Made by a program: the position numbers and the translations under genes. From positions 3,360,001 through 3,392,000 of the forward strand of contig CP178758.1 of NCBI GenBank assembly GCA_047651235.1: a stretch of 32,000 nt of DNA. The letters run 5' to 3'. The DNA is from Candidatus Electrothrix yaqonensis. Its GTDB lineage: Bacteria > Desulfobacterota > Desulfobulbia > Desulfobulbales > Desulfobulbaceae. Below the pieces are notes generated by a model. It was not told the DNA's origin and did no database searches. It was given only the letters and a program-made list of their open reading frames with translations. The first letter of the stretch is position 1; every line of letters begins with the position of its first letter. Positions 25,907-32,000 of the stretch are shown one piece after another.

Positions 25907-26371
25907 TCATAGATGACCCTTTTGATTCGAAAGAAACTCCAGCACTTTGAATTCAAATTTTTCGTAAGCATCCTGGAATATTTTATCTTTACACTTTAAA
26001 AACTCTTTACCAGAAGAAATGTCAGGAAACTCATAATCCCCATACCTGCTTACAATATCACACGTTATCCGCACGTCCCTGTTTGTTTGAAAATAGATGA
26101 GAAACCCAATGTTGATAGCATTTTCTTGAAAATCTAGTTTATCAACAATCCTCTCGAAAAATGTCATCTCCAATGCATATGAGTACAGATAATCCTTGCC
26201 AACACGAAGTTCCTTTTCCCCAAGGCTTACATTAAACTCGACCAATTTATCTATCTTTCGGTTTTTAGATAATCTATCGAGAATCTTATTTAACGTTTCA
26301 AAAATGAACTTGCGGAGATAGGTATTGAGCTCCACCAGTGTTTGATTGACTAGGAACACATTTATATTCAT
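25907..26371 (-). CDS. Putative cognate immunity protein of the Rhs C-terminal toxin
   Basis: The ATG lies 1 nt after the Rhs stop (TAATATG). The gene is AT-rich like the toxin tip. The protein has no signal peptide and no family I recognise. The call rests on position. Confidence 0.6.
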   Translation of the reverse strand: MNINVFLVNQTLVELNTYLRKFIFETLNKILDRLSKNRKIDKLVEFNVSLGEKELRVGKDYLYSYALEMTFFERIVDKLDFQENAINIGFLIYFQTNRDVRITCDIVSRYGDYEFPDISSGKEFLKCKDKIFQDAYEKFEFKVLEFLSNQKGHL

Positions 26372-26372
26372 A

Positions 26373-29300
26373 TTAGTTCCCACATTTCACAGCGGATTTT
26401 AGCTCTTTGCTTAGTTTATGATCAGATCCACCTTTCGCCCAGTCTTCCAAAGCCTCTTTCATCGTCATATTATTTCGTTTAAGATAATCTGCCGAAGGCA
26501 TTATACTCGCATGCGCTTTACCATCTTGAATAACATCAAAATTTTCAAGCTTACCTACATCAATCTCGCTCACTTCGGCTCCTATTCGATCAAAAAATTT
26601 CTTAGCCTGTGAATTCATTTTTGGCTTTGAAGATATTCCGGGGTGTGTATTAGCATTCGCCAAATCATTAGCACTAGGAGAATAAGGGGGTTGGCCTTCG
26701 GTTACACCTCTAAATACACTCCCCTCTGTAACAGGTTTCGGCTTAAAAGGTGCCAACCCATACATATCAATTAAGATATTAGGATCTGACACATAATGAT
26801 AGAGTGTAAGGCCAGCAAACATTCCCATCATATCCTGACTTACATACTGTCCTCCTTCGGGATCATAATACCTAAACCGGTTATAATACAACCCGGTCTC
26901 AGCATCCTCATACTGCCCAGGCCAGCGGAACGGGCAGGCCATTTGCTGCCCTTCCACATTACGCAGCTTACCGAACACACCGATATCCGCAGACCAGACT
27001 TTCTTGCCGTCCTGATCCACCATAGCCACCGGCGTGCCTAGGTAATCTGTAACAATGGAATATACCTTATCACCCTGAACTTTGCCAACCGGAGCAAAGC
27101 TTTCCGGCTCAAACAGCCAGGTGATCAGACCGTCGTCTGTTGCATTAGCACCCTGTTGCGGCGGCGCATCATCGGCAGCAGGCGGGCCGGTTGGTGGATG
27201 GCCGATGTAGAACTCCTGCTGCTGTGGAATCGGTTCGTCCTGAGTTGGCACGGCATCCTGCCTGCCGCCTTCCGCAACGGGTGCTGTTTCCACCCATTCA
27301 TGGAGCGGGTTGTTGCCGTCCCAGACCCAATGGGTGATCCTGCCTTGAAACTCCTTACTCACCCGCCGTCCCAGAGCATCATAGGCAAAGCGGACCACCT
27401 GCTGATCCGGGCGAACCACATGGTCCAGCATCCCAGCCGCATTCCAGACATAGAGCCATTTGCGACCGTCCGGCTGCTGTTTTTCAATCAGATTGCCTTC
27501 AGGATCATATTTGTAGATGGTCGTGCCTTCAGGAGAGTGCGTTTCCAGGAGCTGGCCAGCAGGACCGTAGCGGCGGTCGTTTTGATCTTTGGCACGGAAC
27601 AGGTTGCCCACCGCATCGGGCATGCGCAGCTCCACCACGCCGTCGCCGTATTGGGCCGAGGCCAGGTTGCCAAAGGCATCGTGCTCGTATTTGGTGATGC
27701 CTTTCTGGGCATCAATCACCCGGCGCAGCCGGTCATTGACATCCCAGTCATAGCGGACATCACGCAGGGCTTGATCGCCGTCCAGAAGCCGGTGCTGAAT
27801 CGGGCGACCCAGCTTATCGCGCTCCCATGTGCTGCGGATGCCGCCGGGCAAGGAGCGTTCCAACTCCAGGCCCATGAGGTCGCGTTTGAAATGGGCTTCC
27901 CAGTCGATTCGGCCGGTCTCTCCCTCCTCCGGTTGAGCAGAGGCATGGCTGAGCCGGGTGACATCGCCCATGATATTTCGTTCAATCTCCTGGATGGCAC
28001 CGAGGGATGAGGTCATCCGGGTACGCAGGCCCAGAGGATTGTATTCCGAAGCGACCCAGTCCCCCGAGCCCTGTTGTTCCTTGAGCACCCGGCCCAGAGC
28101 ATCCCGCTCAAAGCGGACCGTGGCCGCATCGTTGGTGGCTTCCACAAGCTCACCGTCCTGCCGGTAACGATAGCTCTCCGCTGCACCGTCACTGTGCTCA
28201 ACCTCTGTCACCCGTCCGGCCTCGTCGTAACTGTAGGAGGTGACCAGCCCGGATGCACGTTGGACTTCCGTTACCTGGCCAGCCGCATCGCGGCTGTAGA
28301 CCCGGCGGACCTCGTCAAAACCGTTCTCCACGGCCACTTCGCCGTTTTCATCCAGCTCAAAGCGGTACACGTATCCGTGTTCGTTGCGAATACCGACCAA
28401 CTGTTCTTCGGTATCATAGCTGAAGCGAACCGTGGTTCCGGCTTCGGTCCGGGCTGTCATCCGGCCCATGCCAGAGTAGGCAAACTGGACATCATGCTGT
28501 TTATCTTTCACATGCACGACATTGCCTTCTGGATCGTACCCAAGCTGGCGTAGATTCCCGTCCGGCTCCTGCACCTCCACAACCCGGCCCAGCAGGTCGT
28601 ATTGCCGGGACTGACTGTTCCCTTTGGGATCAACTGCTGCAAGAGCGCGGCCCAGTGGATCATAGTTCCAGCGGCTTTCCGCTCCGTCCGCTGTCCTGAT
28701 GCCGGTCAGATTACCCTGATGATCAAAGTTCAGGCTGGTACGGCCTCCCATGGGATCTGTAATGCCTGACAACCACCTGCCACTGTACTGGTAGGCAGTG
28801 GTTTCACCCAGCGGATTGGTTCTTTTCAGCAGCCGCCCGGTGTCTTCTTCATACTCCCACTGCCAGACCCCACCGATGGCATCAACAGCCTCAACAGGGT
28901 TGTTCAGCGTATCGTACTTGACTTTTAAGGTGGCCCCGTCCGGCCCGATGATTTCCGTCTGATTACCGAACTCGTCGTAGAGATATAAGGTGGTATTGCC
29001 GAGCGGATCAGTCTCGGATGTTTTCTCGTTGAATTCGTTGAATTCAGTAAGCGTCACCCCGCCACGAGCATCAACAGCCTTTGTTACAAGGCCGTTATTG
29101 TTCCAGTGATGACAGGTTTGATGCCCCAGAGAATTTTCAACAATGGTCAGGCATTCATCATCCAGGTAGGTCAGTTTATGATCATAAATGCCCTTGTCAC
29201 CCCAGGTGCGGATACATTTTGCCGTATGATCACTGCCTTCATAGGTGAAGTAAAAACTCAATCCATTCCGGTCGGTTTCCTGGGTCAACAGATGCCTGTC

Positions 29301-30617
29301 ATACCTATATTGCATTGGCTGAGCAAGTGCGTCAGTGGCGGCACGAAGATTACCTGCATCATCATAGGTATATCTGACCACGAATAGTTGTTTGTAGGCA
29401 TCATCCGGGTGGGGCACGGAGATCGTAGTAATCCGGCCCTGCTGATCGGTTGCAACCTGCAGGATGCGCCCGCCGCTGTCGATAATTTTTTCCAGATGCT
29501 GATGACGATCATAGCTGAACTGAATGCTGTTTCCAGCAAGATCCTTTATGGAGATCAATTTCCGTTCTGCTGTTTCATCCCCTGATGTCTGAAAGCGATA
29601 GATCAGATTTTCTCCATTGCGGACCGCATATCCCTGTTCGTCCCTGAACAGGGTCAGCTTCTCCGACCGCTCAAAACACTCTTCACCAATCTCTAAGATG
29701 GGAAAGGCAATAGGCCGTCCGTCTTCCATACGCAGGGCTGCAACTTTTTCCTTGTTGTCCACAATGAGGCCGAGGTCGTACTTATGGTGCCAGCCATGCC
29801 CCAATGGTCCCTGATAGACCGAGGTGCTGAACCAAACTCGTTCCCAGGTCAAGGGGATCGGGCCGGGCAGTTCAAAATCGGTCGTCCTGGTAAAGACCTT
29901 GCCGGTAGCAATATCAACAGGATGGCCAGTTACAGAACAGATCGCATTATGCACTCTATTCTGCATACTGGGCGGCACGCCGAGAGCATCCATGAGCCTT
30001 CTGGCTCTGCTGTGCAGGGCTTCGGAAATATTTCGCATAGCTCTCCCGAATCGGCTTGCGCCTCTCTGGGCCCGGCGGATCATGCCGCCCAGTTTTCCCA
30101 GAGCTGCGAATGCACCGCGCATTCCTAGCGCCATCAATGAAATCGTCGGAGGACCGCCGATGAGTACGCTGGGCCCGGCAGGAACAGACAATACAGTACA
30201 GGCGGGCAAGACCATGCATTTGGGAGGTTGGCCTTTAGCCCTAGGCGGGGGCGGCACACCGACAGCTTGGCAGCTGATCACCGGTAATCCAAGAAAACTC
30301 TGAGCATCGCCGTCAAAGGCCACGGTGGAGCTGCCCATAAAGACTTCACTTTCATTGGTCGGTGGCGGTGGCCCGAACGGCCCGCCCATAGGGATATGGG
30401 CCGGACATGCCTTGCCACCCGATCCGGCCTGGGCCCGCATCAGGCCGTTAATCTTGACCGTCCCCCCGATTATCGGAGCATAATCACAGGGATCCATGAC
30501 GATTCCCACATAGGGATGCGGAATAGGTGTTGGCACCGGCCCGGCTGGGGTGGGAATCATGATAATGTGTGTATCAAGTCCCAAAATGGGATCAAAATGC
30601 TTGGCCGCTATCGTCAT
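26373..30617 (-). CDS. Rhs/YD-repeat polymorphic toxin with an N-terminal PAAR-like domain and a variable C-terminal toxin tip
   Basis: GGAGGTGGGTGG precedes the ATG, whose ATGA overlaps the upstream stop. The PAAR-like N-terminus reads LGLDTHIIMIPTPAGPVPTPIPHPYVG...GTVKINGL. A DUF6531-like segment reads GHPVDIATGKVFTRTTDFELPG. Many YD repeats follow (YRYDxxGNL type). The RHS core ends YYNRFRYYDPEGGQYVSQDMMGMFAGLTLYHYVSDPNILIDMYGL. A 126-aa tip follows at 26376-26753. Confidence 0.95.
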   Translation of the reverse strand: MTIAAKHFDPILGLDTHIIMIPTPAGPVPTPIPHPYVGIVMDPCDYAPIIGGTVKINGLMRAQAGSGGKACPAHIPMGGPFGPPPPTNESEVFMGSSTVAFDGDAQSFLGLPVISCQAVGVPPPPRAKGQPPKCMVLPACTVLSVPAGPSVLIGGPPTISLMALGMRGAFAALGKLGGMIRRAQRGASRFGRAMRNISEALHSRARRLMDALGVPPSMQNRVHNAICSVTGHPVDIATGKVFTRTTDFELPGPIPLTWERVWFSTSVYQGPLGHGWHHKYDLGLIVDNKEKVAALRMEDGRPIAFPILEIGEECFERSEKLTLFRDEQGYAVRNGENLIYRFQTSGDETAERKLISIKDLAGNSIQFSYDRHQHLEKIIDSGGRILQVATDQQGRITTISVPHPDDAYKQLFVVRYTYDDAGNLRAATDALAQPMQYRYDRHLLTQETDRNGLSFYFTYEGSDHTAKCIRTWGDKGIYDHKLTYLDDECLTIVENSLGHQTCHHWNNNGLVTKAVDARGGVTLTEFNEFNEKTSETDPLGNTTLYLYDEFGNQTEIIGPDGATLKVKYDTLNNPVEAVDAIGGVWQWEYEEDTGRLLKRTNPLGETTAYQYSGRWLSGITDPMGGRTSLNFDHQGNLTGIRTADGAESRWNYDPLGRALAAVDPKGNSQSRQYDLLGRVVEVQEPDGNLRQLGYDPEGNVVHVKDKQHDVQFAYSGMGRMTARTEAGTTVRFSYDTEEQLVGIRNEHGYVYRFELDENGEVAVENGFDEVRRVYSRDAAGQVTEVQRASGLVTSYSYDEAGRVTEVEHSDGAAESYRYRQDGELVEATNDAATVRFERDALGRVLKEQQGSGDWVASEYNPLGLRTRMTSSLGAIQEIERNIMGDVTRLSHASAQPEEGETGRIDWEAHFKRDLMGLELERSLPGGIRSTWERDKLGRPIQHRLLDGDQALRDVRYDWDVNDRLRRVIDAQKGITKYEHDAFGNLASAQYGDGVVELRMPDAVGNLFRAKDQNDRRYGPAGQLLETHSPEGTTIYKYDPEGNLIEKQQPDGRKWLYVWNAAGMLDHVVRPDQQVVRFAYDALGRRVSKEFQGRITHWVWDGNNPLHEWVETAPVAEGGRQDAVPTQDEPIPQQQEFYIGHPPTGPPAADDAPPQQGANATDDGLITWLFEPESFAPVGKVQGDKVYSIVTDYLGTPVAMVDQDGKKVWSADIGVFGKLRNVEGQQMACPFRWPGQYEDAETGLYYNRFRYYDPEGGQYVSQDMMGMFAGLTLYHYVSDPNILIDMYGLAPFKPKPVTEGSVFRGVTEGQPPYSPSANDLANANTHPGISSKPKMNSQAKKFFDRIGAEVSEIDVGKLENFDVIQDGKAHASIMPSADYLKRNNMTMKEALEDWAKGGSDHKLSKELKSAVKCGN

Positions 30618-31927
30618 CCACCCACCTCCTGCACCTGCTTCGGACGCCAATCACGGGTGCCTGCGATCTCGATGATTTTTTGCTCGGTATGCGATGCCAA
30701 GTCGCGATACGTCCCGTTCTGACAAAGGCGCATTATGGCCTCGCCCAGATAGGCAAAGGTACTTGTTTCCAGGGTCTCCTGATCCATTTTCCGCGCCGTT
30801 TTCAGGCCGAGTGATCCGGCCTGAAATGCTTTGTCCTGCTCACCGAGCTGTTCATAACAGAAGGACGCAAGGCGGTGACAATCCAGCTCGACCCGCGCAT
30901 CCCCCAGCTTCGCGGCCAGCGGAGCGGTTTCTGTGAATTGCTGCGCAGCATGTTCCCACTCATTGGCAGCGATGAATGCAGAGCCGCATCCCATCCGGGC
31001 TTGGAGGCGTAGCTGAGGACATGAGGTCCGTGCTTCTTCCAAGCCCTCAGTTTCTCCTTGAATGGCAGCAGCCTCAGCAGCCTGATATCGTGCCACTGCG
31101 TCGTTATGCTGGCCTGCATTGCTCAGCCCGCCTGCAAGTGCCATGTGAACAGGCACGGCAAGGTAAAACCAGGACTGAGCAGCAGCAAGTTTTACGGCTC
31201 GGTCGCCGAGTGTCAGGGCGGTTTTCACATCCTGCTCCTTAAGTGCATTGGTGAGCTTGACAAAGAGGTGTCGATACTGACCGCCAGGCTGATCAAGGTT
31301 CCCTCCGGCAACACTGAGTTCCTCCAGGGCGGAAGCCATATCAAGCTCAGGCTCCTGTATCCAGATCCGTTGCTTTTTTTTTGAGGAAAGTGTGCTGAAG
31401 CCGGGCGTGAGGGCGTTATCAAACAGGAGTATCCGTATCTGTTCCGGTGCTTCAAGGGAAAAACTGCAGAGCCAGCGTTGATAGGCTTCTACCTGCTCAA
31501 TCAGCTTGGGACGCAACACCAGCACCAGACGACTTTGGATCGCGTAATGCTGGAGAAAGGAGGAAAGGGTGTCGAGCAGCACGGTGATGTCCTGGACTGA
31601 GCTGCCGACCTGGGGAGGAAGCCAATCCGTGTCCAGACCAAGCTCGGCCAAATTCTCCTTTTCCGCTCCATACCAGTCGATCAGCTCCTGGCGCAGGGAA
31701 TAGCCATAAGCGGAAGAATTGTTAAACGCTGCCTGGAGCTGGAGAAAGAGATCTCCTGTCTGGCCAGCCTGTTCGTCCTCCTCCATTGCCAGAAAGGCTT
31801 CAGCCATACGTACCTCGTCAGGCTGGAAACGCCAGCAGAGAATCCGCGCCTCTTTATCCTTGGAGAATTGCATATACTCGTAGGATAAAAGCTGTAGTCT
31901 CCGAACGATAGGTTCATTGAATGCCAT
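30614..31927 (-). CDS. Hypothetical protein with a TPR-like helical-repeat C-terminal half, located between a VgrG-like gene and the Rhs gene
   Basis: GAGGTAGATC precedes the ATG. This 437-aa ORF is translationally coupled to the Rhs gene (ATGA). It matches none of the adaptor families I can recall (DUF4123, DUF1795, DUF2169). Confidence 0.75.
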   Translation of the reverse strand: MAFNEPIVRRLQLLSYEYMQFSKDKEARILCWRFQPDEVRMAEAFLAMEEDEQAGQTGDLFLQLQAAFNNSSAYGYSLRQELIDWYGAEKENLAELGLDTDWLPPQVGSSVQDITVLLDTLSSFLQHYAIQSRLVLVLRPKLIEQVEAYQRWLCSFSLEAPEQIRILLFDNALTPGFSTLSSKKKQRIWIQEPELDMASALEELSVAGGNLDQPGGQYRHLFVKLTNALKEQDVKTALTLGDRAVKLAAAQSWFYLAVPVHMALAGGLSNAGQHNDAVARYQAAEAAAIQGETEGLEEARTSCPQLRLQARMGCGSAFIAANEWEHAAQQFTETAPLAAKLGDARVELDCHRLASFCYEQLGEQDKAFQAGSLGLKTARKMDQETLETSTFAYLGEAIMRLCQNGTYRDLASHTEQKIIEIAGTRDWRPKQVQEVGG

Positions 31928-31935
31928 GATCTACC

Positions 31936-32000
31936 TCAGTTGACTTTGACCATTGCACCTGTAATGGTCACTCCAGAAGGATCAGCTTTTACATTGCCTG
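31936..32000 (-). CDS. C-terminal end of a gene running into the window, possibly a VgrG-like spike protein
   Basis: The minus-strand frame reads ...GNVKADPSGVTITGAMVKVN, with the stop at 31938-31936. The ending resembles VgrG C-termini, and the context (adaptor-like gene plus PAAR-like Rhs) fits. Only 21 codons are visible. Confidence 0.35.
   Translation of the reverse strand, partial: GNVKADPSGVTITGAMVKVN

Noticed and set aside
26376-26753. Reading the Rhs tip as an ADP-ribosyltransferase (FRG ... ISS ... AEVSE as an R-S-E triad)
   Set aside because: The spacings between the motifs are about 25 and 20 aa, much shorter than in known ARTs. The acidic motif is not ExE. The match is probably coincidental.
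27156-28010. 284-aa + strand ORF, plus other + strand ORFs between 26418 and 30722
   Set aside because: All lie antisense inside the 1414-aa Rhs gene, whose YD repeats are unmistakable. These are shadow ORFs typical of GC-rich repeat-coding DNA.
1-32000. Search for CRISPR arrays, rRNA and tRNA genes
   Set aside because: I found no regularly spaced short direct repeats and no rRNA-like or cloverleaf-forming segments by eye on either strand. A tRNAscan/Infernal run would be the definitive check.

Overview
This 32 kb bacterial window has a housekeeping left half and a mosaic accessory right half. Gene content (long-form HflX, fused NuoBC, CoADR-rhodanese, UbiA/MqnP-like prenyltransferase) suggests Desulfobacterota, but that is inference only.

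Left half, 1-17.7 kb:
- A 3'-truncated coiled-coil gene missing from the ORF track.
- A membrane class III nucleotide cyclase whose stop overlaps the start of a DUF190 gene.
- A CoA-disulfide-reductase-like flavoprotein with a rhodanese tail, and a UbiA-family prenyltransferase.
- A secreted, internally duplicated cysteine-rich protein.
- mutL, a PAS histidine kinase and a cNMP-binding/DUF4388 protein.
- A complete ISKra4-like IS with 23-bp inverted repeats, a perfect 9-bp target duplication and a frameshifted transposase. It sits directly upstream of hflX.
- A stand-alone nuoA-nuoB::C unit that ends in a terminator.

Right half, from about 17.7 kb, alternates AT-rich and GC-normal blocks:
- A solitary nucleoside 2-deoxyribosyltransferase/TIR-like (NDT-like) effector candidate.
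- A five-gene minus-strand cluster of uncharacterised membrane and exported proteins ending in vanZ.
- Gene remnants of an Rpn-like nuclease and an SDR.
- An intact vapBC-type pair.
- An RHH antitoxin next to a decayed relE/parE toxin.
- A T6SS-type cassette: VgrG-like C-terminus, a 437-aa TPR-like protein, a PAAR-like Rhs toxin with an unassigned AT-rich C-terminal tip, and an immunity candidate.

I saw no rRNA, tRNA or CRISPR array. The best novelty candidates are the NDT-like gene, the membrane/exported operon, the Rhs tip with its immunity gene and putative adaptor, and the cysteine-rich repeat protein.
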